Part shown: piece after piece, positions 15,929 to 23,651 of the stretch
Numbering within the stretch: the first letter of the stretch is position 1
How the letters are laid out: the number at the start of each line of letters is the position of its first letter
NCBI RefSeq assembly: GCF_000023965.1
Contig: NC_013202.1
Span: 90,001-122,000 of the forward strand
Length of the DNA: 32,000 nucleotides
Direction: 5' to 3'
From: Halomicrobium mukohataei DSM 12286
Lineage (GTDB): Archaea; Halobacteriota; Halobacteria; Halobacteriales; Haloarculaceae
The notes under the pieces: model-generated
Seen by the model: only the letters and a program-made list of their open reading frames with translations
What the model was told of the DNA's origin: nothing
Database searches by the model: none
Position numbers and translations under genes: made by a program

Positions 15929-17850
15929 TTCGACCACCTCGTCCGGGCCAGGGCCACCGGCAGCGACTGCGCCCACGGCCAGTCGACGACGGGGATCCCG
16001 GCGGCCCGGAGGTCGGCGATCCGGAAGCGCCGCGCCACCGTCGCGAGCTGGCCGGCCCCGGAGGCCGTCGTCGTCGGGTTCGGGCTGACGACGGTCACGA
16101 GGTGACCCCCGGCGTCGAGCTGGCGGGCGACGGTGGCGACGGCGGGCGAGCACAGCGGCGAGAACAGGACGACCTGCGCGTCGCCGGGCAGTTGACTCCG
16201 CAGGGAGGCGAGCCAGCCGAACGGCAAGACGCTCTCGGGCGTCTCGCCGGGAGCGAGCGCGGGATGGGTCGCGAGCAGCTCCCGGCCCCGAACGCGGTGG
16301 GCGTCGCCCGCACCCGGCGCGAGCCAGCAGTCGCGAGCCCCGAGCGCGGCGATGCCGACGCGGTTGCCGTCGTCGAGCAGCGTCGCGAACAGTCGGCTCG
16401 CGGCGTCGACGGAGCGCTGGACGGCGGTCTGGCCCCGCTGTGAGGGACCGACCGCGGCCGCCTCGTCGCGGTCGATCACCAGCACTACCGTCGCGGATCG
16501 CTCCTCGCGAAACTCCAGGGTCGCCAGCTCACCGGTTCTGGCGTGACGGTTCCAGTCGATCCGCGACAGCGGGTCCCCCGAGCGGTACGCGCGCGTCGCG
16601 AAGAACTCGACGCCCTCGCCGCCGGTGGCGGTCTCGACGCGCCCGGTGTGGCGAGTGGGCTGGCGGCGCAGCGGGACCGGTTCGTCGATCGGCCGGAGCG
16701 GCGGGACGCAGGTGATTTCCGTCGTCGTCGCGGGCTCGACGGTCTGTTCGCGTTCGACGCTGCCCGACAGCGTTCGGACGAGGACCTGCGCGGGACCGAA
16801 CTCGTGGCGACCGCGCTCGGCCGCCACCTCGTAGGTGACCGTCGCACTGGCCCCCGGCCACAGCGCCGTCCCGAGCCGCGGGGACCCCTCGACCACGGAG
16901 AGGGCGGGCGGAACGCCGTCGACGAGGCGCAGATCCCACACCGCCTCCTCGCCCTCGTTGGTGACGGTCAGCGTCACCGTGACGGGCTCGTCGGGCTCCG
17001 GATCCGCCGGCTCGACGGTGCGCTCGACCGAGAGCGTCGGCGCGGAGAGCGTCCGCTGGCGGGCGGCAGCCGCGTAGGCGATCCCGACGACGGCGACGAG
17101 GACGACGCCCGCCCGTTCGGCGAGCACGCCGACGCCGAGCGCCGCCAGCGCGGCCGCGCTGATCCCTCGCCAGTGTCCCGTCGAGCGCGTCGTCGGTGTC
17201 GGATCCGCGACGGCGCTGGCCCGGTCGAGCCCCGCGTCCCGGCCGTCGATCGATCCGACGACCCCGTCCAGTCCCGGGAGGGGGGAGCCGTCGCGGTCGT
17301 CGGTGTCGACGCCGGCCGTCTCGGCGATCGCGCGAGCGGTGTGCTCGATGCCCTGCCAGTAGGCCGACTGCCCGCCCAGGCGCGTGCGGAGTCGATCGGT
17401 GAGCGGGAGCCGCGAGCGCTCGTCTGCGAGGAACTCGGCGGCGACTGGATCGTCGGTCCAGGTGCCCCGCTCGATCGCCTCGCTGGCCGTCGCTTCGCTG
17501 TCGCCCCGGTAGCGCGTCAGCACTTCGGTGGCCACGCGCCGGAGTTGCTTCCGGCGGCGGTCGGCCGTCCCGTAGCGCGTGGGGTCGAACGCCGCCAGCA
17601 CGGCGTCCAGCTCCTCGCCCGGCGAGGCGACCGCGGGCAGCTCCTCCGGCGTCGCCGTCTCGCCGCGCCGTCTGGGGCTGTGGCGTCGTCCCTGCACGAC
17701 GCGAATCGCCGCGGCGACCGCCAGCAGACCGATCACGACGACGGCGTAGCGCTGGACGCCGAGCCCGAACACCCCCGGCGCGGCGAGCGCTCCGACGCCG
17801 ACCGCGAAGGCCACGAGCCCGACGGCCGCGAGGAGACGCCCGCGGCTCAC
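15925..17850 (-). CDS. Long DUF58 domain protein (641 aa) with extra N-terminal membrane/helical region
   Basis: DUF58 motif TRAYRSGDPLSRIDWNRHARTGELATLEFREE. A beta-sandwich-like PVTVTLTVTNEGEEAVWDLRLVDGVP lies upstream of it. There are TM helices at the N-terminus and around residue 240. The GTG start overlaps the DUF4129 stop (GTGA). Confidence 0.85.
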   Translation of the reverse strand: MSRGRLLAAVGLVAFAVGVGALAAPGVFGLGVQRYAVVVIGLLAVAAAIRVVQGRRHSPRRRGETATPEELPAVASPGEELDAVLAAFDPTRYGTADRRRKQLRRVATEVLTRYRGDSEATASEAIERGTWTDDPVAAEFLADERSRLPLTDRLRTRLGGQSAYWQGIEHTARAIAETAGVDTDDRDGSPLPGLDGVVGSIDGRDAGLDRASAVADPTPTTRSTGHWRGISAAALAALGVGVLAERAGVVLVAVVGIAYAAAARQRTLSAPTLSVERTVEPADPEPDEPVTVTLTVTNEGEEAVWDLRLVDGVPPALSVVEGSPRLGTALWPGASATVTYEVAAERGRHEFGPAQVLVRTLSGSVEREQTVEPATTTEITCVPPLRPIDEPVPLRRQPTRHTGRVETATGGEGVEFFATRAYRSGDPLSRIDWNRHARTGELATLEFREERSATVVLVIDRDEAAAVGPSQRGQTAVQRSVDAASRLFATLLDDGNRVGIAALGARDCWLAPGAGDAHRVRGRELLATHPALAPGETPESVLPFGWLASLRSQLPGDAQVVLFSPLCSPAVATVARQLDAGGHLVTVVSPNPTTTASGAGQLATVARRFRIADLRAAGIPVVDWPWAQSLPVALARTRWSK

Positions 17851-18737
17851 GGCTCGCCCTCCGCGTACCGGGACTCGATCCGGCGCAGCAGTTCGACCGC
17901 CCGCCGTTCGTCGTCCCCGTCGATCTCGTAGTCGTCGTACCGGGCCCGCTCGAAGAGGTCGGTCAGAGCCGCCACGTCGTCGGCGCTCAGCCCCGACTCG
18001 ACGGCGACGCGCTCGAACTCGCGGGCCGTCGTCGTCTCCGGGTCGGCCACGTCGAGCCGGGCCGTCATCTCGCGGAAGGCGCGGTAGACCTCGTTGTCCA
18101 CCGCGGCCGTCTCCTCGATGCGGTCCGCCGCTCGACCGGCGGCCCGCCCGACCGCGACGGCCGCCCTCGTCCCGTCGTCGTCCGGGTCGGTCCGGTCGTC
18201 GCGGTCGTCGCGGTCGGCCGGTCGTCGGTTCGCGGCGACGGCGACCCCGACCACCGCGACGGCGATCACCACCACGAGTGCGATCGACAGCACCGACGGC
18301 TCCGTCGCCGTGGAGCCGCCGCCGCCCGCACCCACGCTGACGTTGTCGGTGGCGGGGACGCCGCCGCTGGACGGCTTCGGGAGGGGATCGAAGGGGACGC
18401 CCTGTAGCAGGACAGCCAGTACCAGCGAGAGAACGAGGACCGGGACGGCGACCCGGAAGAGCGCGCGCCAGTGCCGATACAGCCCCCAGAGAGCGACCAG
18501 TGCGAACAGGACGGCGAGGAGCGCGATCAGCTCCGCGAGCAGGGGCACGTCGAGCAACTGGGGAAGCGGCTCGGTCGAGCGTGCGGGAATGCCGCCGCCC
18601 TCGCCGATCCCCGCTCCGCCCGCCCCGTCACCGCCGGGCTCTCGCTGGCGGGCCGTGGGGAGGGTCCGAGCGGTCAGTGCGACTGCGACGACCGCGAGCA
18701 GTCCCAGGGCGGCGTCTCGGAGTCGGTCGCGTGACAC
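17847..18737 (-). CDS. DUF4129 domain membrane protein (296 aa)
   Basis: The C-terminal EVYRAFREMTARLDVADPETTTAREFERVAVESGLSADDVAALTDLFERARYDDYEI matches the DUF4129 pattern (TPxEF...lt..fe.ARYs). Gly-rich linkers and 3-4 TM helices. GTG start, with a TTTTATA box 30 nt upstream. Confidence 0.75.
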   Translation of the reverse strand: MSRDRLRDAALGLLAVVAVALTARTLPTARQREPGGDGAGGAGIGEGGGIPARSTEPLPQLLDVPLLAELIALLAVLFALVALWGLYRHWRALFRVAVPVLVLSLVLAVLLQGVPFDPLPKPSSGGVPATDNVSVGAGGGGSTATEPSVLSIALVVVIAVAVVGVAVAANRRPADRDDRDDRTDPDDDGTRAAVAVGRAAGRAADRIEETAAVDNEVYRAFREMTARLDVADPETTTAREFERVAVESGLSADDVAALTDLFERARYDDYEIDGDDERRAVELLRRIESRYAEGEP

Positions 18738-18761
18738 AGTGGGTGAAAGTACGCAGAGTGG

Positions 18762-18769
18762 TATAAAAC
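18762..18769 (-). promoter_or_regulatory. TATA box for the DUF4129-DUF58 operon
   Basis: Minus-strand GTTTTATA, 25-30 nt upstream of GTG 18737. Confidence 0.55.
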
Positions 18770-18897
18770 ATCACGGCGACCGCTCCACGGCGTCGCCGCC
18801 GAGGACGTCAGATCGAGCATCTGTTCGCTCGTTCCGGATATCACGGGTACGTCACCTGGCGACAGTCTCTCGGCCGGACACGTGCCGAACCAACACC

Positions 18898-18906
18898 GCT
18901 TTACTT
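18898..18906 (+). promoter_or_regulatory. TATA-like box for the NSS transporter gene
   Basis: GCTTTACTT, centred about 30 nt upstream of ATG 18932. Confidence 0.45.
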
Positions 18907-18931
18907 CCCCGATAGACAGATCTGTACACGA

Positions 18932-20350
18932 ATGGCTACACGTGACTCGTGGGTATCGAACGTCGGATTCGTGCTCGCCTCCGTCGGCAGTGCGGCCGGG
19001 CTTGGGAACCTCTGGCGGTTCCCGTGGCTGACGGCCGGCAACGGCGGGAGCGCGTTCCTCCTCGTCTACCTGCTCATCGTCGTCGGCGTCGGCGTGCCGG
19101 GACTGCTCGCGGAGTTCGTCCTCGGCCGACTGGGTCGACAGACCCCCGTCGGCGCGCTCCGGTCGCTGACCGGCTCGCGCTGGGGGTCCGTACTCGGTGG
19201 GTTCAACGTCCTCACGACGCTCGTGATCCTCTCTTTCTACTCGGTCGTCGGCGGGTGGATCCTCCGCTATCTCCTGGTGTCGCCGGTGGGCGCGTACTTC
19301 GACCAGCCCCAGCAGTACTTCGGGGCGGTCAACTACGGCCTCGAAGCCGTCGGGTTCCACCTGCTCTTTCTGGGGATCGTCGCCGGAATCGTCTTCTTCG
19401 GCGTGAGCGGCGGCATCGAGCGCGTCTCGAAGGTGATGCTCCCCGGCGTCGTCCTGTTGCTCGTCGGCCTCGCGGCGTGGACGGCGACACAGCCCGGCAC
19501 CGCCGACGGCTACGCCTTCTACCTCGGGTTCGACGCCGACTACCTCGCGGCCAACTTCCTGGGCGTGCTCGGACCGGCCGCGGGACAGGCGCTGTTTACC
19601 CTCTCGCTCGGTGCCGGGGTGATGCTGACCTACGCCTCGTATCTGGACGAGGACGCGTCGCTCCCGCGTGACACGCTCGTCATCGCGATCTCGAACACGG
19701 TCATCGGCGTCCTCGCGGGACTGGTCGTCATCCCGCTGCTGTTCTCGCAGGGGATCGACCCCGGACAGGGCGGCCCAGGGGCGCTGTTCGTCGCGCTCGC
19801 ACGGGCGTTCGCGTCGCTGCCGGGCGGGACCGTCGTCGCGACGGTCTTCTTCGCGGCCGTGCTGATGGCCGCCGTGACCAGCGCCATCAGCCTGCTGGAG
19901 ACGCCGGTCGCGACCCTCGTCGACACCGTCGGCGTCCCGCGACGCCGGGCGACGGCCCTGATCACGGCACTGCTGGCGGCCACCGGCAGCGGGCTGGCGC
20001 TGGCCAGTTCCGTCTTCGAGTTCGTCTCGGGGACGCTCGCGGATCTGCTGTTGACGGTGGGCCTGTTCGCCTTTCTCGCGATCGTCGCCTGGCTCCTGCG
20101 TGGCGAGGCGCTGGCGGAGTTTCGCGCCGGAGCCGGTCGGTTCGACGCGCTCGCGGTGCCGTGGCTGCTGACGGTCAGCTGGGTGTTGCCCGTCGTCGTC
20201 CTCTTCTCGCTGACGAACACGCTCGCGACGCTGGCGGGCGTGTCGCTGGGGCTGGGCGGGCGAGCGGGCGTCGCCGTCCTCGGCACCGTCGGCTGTCGGC
20301 TGGCCGTCGGCACGCGAAGCGGCGACGAAACGAGCGTCGTGGACGGGTAG
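18932..20350 (+). CDS. Sodium-dependent transporter, NSS/SNF family (472 aa)
   Basis: The N-terminal signature WVSNVGFVLASVGSAAGLGNLWRFPW is diagnostic for neurotransmitter:sodium symporter homologues. About 11-12 TM helices. Confidence 0.9.
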   Translation: MATRDSWVSNVGFVLASVGSAAGLGNLWRFPWLTAGNGGSAFLLVYLLIVVGVGVPGLLAEFVLGRLGRQTPVGALRSLTGSRWGSVLGGFNVLTTLVILSFYSVVGGWILRYLLVSPVGAYFDQPQQYFGAVNYGLEAVGFHLLFLGIVAGIVFFGVSGGIERVSKVMLPGVVLLLVGLAAWTATQPGTADGYAFYLGFDADYLAANFLGVLGPAAGQALFTLSLGAGVMLTYASYLDEDASLPRDTLVIAISNTVIGVLAGLVVIPLLFSQGIDPGQGGPGALFVALARAFASLPGGTVVATVFFAAVLMAAVTSAISLLETPVATLVDTVGVPRRRATALITALLAATGSGLALASSVFEFVSGTLADLLLTVGLFAFLAIVAWLLRGEALAEFRAGAGRFDALAVPWLLTVSWVLPVVVLFSLTNTLATLAGVSLGLGGRAGVAVLGTVGCRLAVGTRSGDETSVVDG

Positions 20351-20368
20351 ACGCGGCCCGACGGGGCG

Positions 20369-21157
20369 TTAGGCTCCGTCGATCGCCCGTGCGGCGTCGA
20401 GCACCGCGTCGTGGAGCGGGCCGTTCGACGCGACCAGTCCGCGCGCGTCGTGGGTCCAGCGGTCGCCGTCGAGATCTGTGACGCGCCCGCCGGCCTCGCG
20501 GACGAGGTGGACCCCGGCGATCGTGTCCCAGGGATTCGTCTCGACGTTCGTGATCACGCCGTCGAGCTCGCCGGCCGCGACCCGCCCGAGCGCGGCCTGT
20601 GCCGAGCCCGGACGCTTCAGGTCGCCGAACCGCTCGACGATGGCCCGCGTCGCGCGGGCGTACTCCTCGCGGCGGTCCATCGGCCACCAGATCGTCGGGC
20701 AGACGATCGCTCGCTCGGGGTCGGTCCGGTCGCTCGTCGTGACCGGTGTCCCGTTCAGTGCGACGCCGCCGTCGACAGTCCGGTAAGTGTCGTCCATCGC
20801 CGGGAGGACGTTGGCCGCGGCGACTGGTTCGCCGTCCGCGACGAGAGAGACGCTCGTCGTGAAACAGCGCCCGCCGCGGACGTAGTTGTGGGTCCCGTCG
20901 ATCGGATCGACGACCCACGCGCGACCGGTCTCGGGGACGGACTTCGCCGCCGCCGCCTCTTCGCCGACGAGCGTCGCGTCGGCGTCCGCGTCGTCGACGA
21001 CCGCCGCGACGGCCGCCTGTGCCTCGCGGTCGGCGCGAGTCACCACGTCGGTCTTGCCCGACTTCGTCTCGACGGCGAGGTCGCGGCGAAAGAGGTCGTG
21101 TGCGCGCTCGGCACCCGCCCGTGCGGCCCGGAGCGCGAGGGCGTCCGGATCGCTCAC
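20369..21157 (-). CDS. Inositol monophosphatase family protein (262 aa)
   Basis: Motifs are LVGEEAA, WVVDPIDGTHNY and WDTIAGVHLVREAGG. I prefer GTG 21157 (VSDPDALALRAAR), which overlaps the ABC ATPase stop as GTGA. The track start 21226 adds an Arg/Pro-rich extension. Confidence 0.85.
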   Translation of the reverse strand: MSDPDALALRAARAGAERAHDLFRRDLAVETKSGKTDVVTRADREAQAAVAAVVDDADADATLVGEEAAAAKSVPETGRAWVVDPIDGTHNYVRGGRCFTTSVSLVADGEPVAAANVLPAMDDTYRTVDGGVALNGTPVTTSDRTDPERAIVCPTIWWPMDRREEYARATRAIVERFGDLKRPGSAQAALGRVAAGELDGVITNVETNPWDTIAGVHLVREAGGRVTDLDGDRWTHDARGLVASNGPLHDAVLDAARAIDGA

Positions 21158-22668
21158 GGCTCGTCCTCCTGGCGGGCCCGGATCGTCTCGGCGACGCCGT
21201 CGTACTCCGCCTCCTGGCGGAGACACTGGCTCGTTCGATCCTCGCCGCCGTCGTAGGGCTCGGGGTGTTCGCGGTCACACCGCGACCCGAAGGCTTCTCG
21301 GAGCTGTTCGGCCGCCGCGTCGTCGTCGCCGCCGGCAGCCAGCTCCACCGCCGCGTCGACGGTCGACTGGGCCGCCGGTGGGAGGTCGTGGTCCGCCAGC
21401 AGATCGGAGACGGTCTCCCGGAGGTCCTGACCGGCCACGTCGAGCCCGATCAGTCGTTTGATCGTCTCGGCCGCGGACGCCTCGGCGCGGGCTCGCGTCC
21501 TGAAGACGACGCGGAGTTCGTCCAGGGCGCGCCAGGTCCGCTCGGGCAGGTCGTAGTCGTCGGGCCGGATCTTCGCCGGACACCGCGTCGCGAACGGACA
21601 GCCGGCGGGCGGATCTCGGGGGTTCGGCGGCGAGCCGCGCAGCGTGATTCGCTCGCCGGTCCACGGGGAACCACTCCCCGGAATAGCAGACAGCAAGGAG
21701 ACGGTGTAGGGGTGGTGGGGGTCGGCGTAGACCGACTCCGTGGGCCCCAGTTCGACGACGTTGCCGAGGTACATCACCGCGACGCGATCGGCGATGTGGC
21801 GCACGACCGAGAGGTCGTGGGCGATAAAGAGGTAGGTCAGCCCCATCTCGTCTTGCAGGTCTTCGAGGAGGTTGATGATCCGGGCCTGGACTGACACGTC
21901 CAGTGCCGACACCGGTTCGTCGAGGACGACGAACTCCGGTTCGAGCGCGAGCGCGCGGGCGATGCCGATACGCTGGCGCTGCCCCCCGGAGAACTGGTGG
22001 GGGTACCGGTAGAAGTGCTCCTCGGAGAGCCCGACCCGGTCGAGGAGGTCGAAGGCCCGGTCGCGCCGGATCTCCGCACGAGACTTCTCGACGGTGACGT
22101 CGACCGTCGGCGCGTCGCCGCTCCGGTCGACGGCGGCGGTGACCGCATCGGCCGACAGCGGCAGTTCGTCCCGAACCGTCACGTCGCCGTCGAGGCCGAC
22201 CGTGAGATCGACCGTCTCGTCCGGCTCGGCCGGTCTGACACCACTGCCCCGGACCGTCGCATCGCCCTCGACGGCGACAGTCAGGACCGGCCAGTCGTGT
22301 GCCTTCAGGGGTTCCTGGACGATCTCGCCGATCGTCATTCGGTCGTTGAGACTCTCCTCGGGGTCCTGAAACACCATGCCCACGCGGCGCTGCCAGTCGC
22401 GGGCCTGTTCGGCGTCGAACTCGGTCACGTCCTGTCCGTCGGCCTCGACGACGCCGTCGGTCGCGTCCGCGAGCCCGATGATCGTCCGCCCGAGCGTCGT
22501 CTTCCCGCTACCTGACTCGCCGACGAGCCCGACCGTCTCGCCTTCGCGGATGTCGAGGTCGATACCGTCGACGGCTCTCACCGGCGGTTTCGCGCCGACG
22601 ATGCTGTCGTCGTGGTAGTAGGTCTTCAGCGACTGGACCGAGACGACGGGGTCTTCGCGGGCCGTCAC
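21154..22668 (-). CDS. ABC transporter ATP-binding protein, DppF/OppF type, with two large insertions (504 aa)
   Basis: Walker A GESGSGKT, signature FSGGQRQR, Walker B VVLDEPVSALD and H-loop FIAHDL. The oligopeptide-type C-terminal Cys motif is split: CPFATRCP then, much later, CDREHPEPYDGGEDRTSQC. Confidence 0.9.
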   Translation of the reverse strand: MTAREDPVVSVQSLKTYYHDDSIVGAKPPVRAVDGIDLDIREGETVGLVGESGSGKTTLGRTIIGLADATDGVVEADGQDVTEFDAEQARDWQRRVGMVFQDPEESLNDRMTIGEIVQEPLKAHDWPVLTVAVEGDATVRGSGVRPAEPDETVDLTVGLDGDVTVRDELPLSADAVTAAVDRSGDAPTVDVTVEKSRAEIRRDRAFDLLDRVGLSEEHFYRYPHQFSGGQRQRIGIARALALEPEFVVLDEPVSALDVSVQARIINLLEDLQDEMGLTYLFIAHDLSVVRHIADRVAVMYLGNVVELGPTESVYADPHHPYTVSLLSAIPGSGSPWTGERITLRGSPPNPRDPPAGCPFATRCPAKIRPDDYDLPERTWRALDELRVVFRTRARAEASAAETIKRLIGLDVAGQDLRETVSDLLADHDLPPAAQSTVDAAVELAAGGDDDAAAEQLREAFGSRCDREHPEPYDGGEDRTSQCLRQEAEYDGVAETIRARQEDEP

Positions 22669-23651
22669 TGTCGCTCACCCCCGTCGCTGCGGGCCGGATC
22701 GTGGAGGAGACACGCTGCCGACCGATCCCCGTCGAGCGAGACGTGCTCGGGGGCCACGGAGCGACAGTCCTCGAAGGCCTCGGGACACCGGGGCGCGAAC
22801 CGGCAGTCGGTCGCCGGTCCCGTCGGCGTCGGTACCTCTCCCTCGATGGTGGGGAGGCGCTCGTCCGGGTCCGTCCGCCCCGGAATGCTCTCCAGGAGCG
22901 CCCGCGTGTAGGGGTGGGCCGGGTGGTCGAACAGCGCCTCGGTGGGCGCACGCTCGACGACCTCGCCCGCGTAGATGACGTTGACCCAGTCGGTCGCGTC
23001 CTCGATGACGCCCATGTCGTGGGTGATAAAGAGGATCGCGAGGTCCTGCTCTGCCTGTAGCTCCGCGAGCAGGTCGAGGATCTGGGCCTGGATCGTCACG
23101 TCCAGTGCCGTCGTCGGCTCGTCGCAGACGAGCAGGTCCGGGTCACAGGCCAGCGCCATCGCGATGACGGCCCGCTGGGCCATCCCGCCCGAGAGCTGGT
23201 GGGGGTACTCGTCGACGCGTCGCGGTGCGTCAGGAATCCCCACGTCCTCCAGCAACTCGATGGCGCGGTCGGTCGCTGCCCGGCCGCGCAGGTCCTGGTG
23301 GATGCGCAGGGCCTCCTCGATCTGGTTGCCGATCGTGTAGACGGGGTTCAGCGAGTTTGTCGGGTCCTGGAAGACGATCGCGATGTCGCCGCGGTGGTCC
23401 GCCCAGTTGTCCTCGGTGAGGTCCTCGCCGCGGTACAGGATCTCGCCGCCCTCGATCCGGCCGGGTTCGTCGACGAGTCCGAGGATCGACCGGGCGGTGA
23501 CGGACTTGCCCGACCCCGACTCGCCGACGAGGCCGACCGTCTGGCCCTCGCGGATCTCGAAGTTCACGCCGTCGACGGCGTGGATCTGCTCGCGCTCGGT
23601 GTGGAACACGACTTCGAGGTCCCGCACCGACAGCAGTGGCTCGTCGCTCAC
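22665..23651 (-). CDS. ABC transporter ATP-binding protein, DppD/OppD type (328 aa)
   Basis: Walker A GESGSGKS, signature LSGGMAQR, Walker B LVCDEPTTALD. Compact C-terminal Cys motif CRFAPRCPEAFEDCRSVAPEHVSLDGDRSAAC. 4-nt overlaps with both neighbouring genes. Confidence 0.92.
   Translation of the reverse strand: MSDEPLLSVRDLEVVFHTEREQIHAVDGVNFEIREGQTVGLVGESGSGKSVTARSILGLVDEPGRIEGGEILYRGEDLTEDNWADHRGDIAIVFQDPTNSLNPVYTIGNQIEEALRIHQDLRGRAATDRAIELLEDVGIPDAPRRVDEYPHQLSGGMAQRAVIAMALACDPDLLVCDEPTTALDVTIQAQILDLLAELQAEQDLAILFITHDMGVIEDATDWVNVIYAGEVVERAPTEALFDHPAHPYTRALLESIPGRTDPDERLPTIEGEVPTPTGPATDCRFAPRCPEAFEDCRSVAPEHVSLDGDRSAACLLHDPARSDGGERQ

Noticed and set aside
20175-21278. 367-aa Arg-rich minus-strand ORF across the transporter/IMPase boundary
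   Set aside because: It is about one-third arginine and overlaps two motif-supported genes out of frame.
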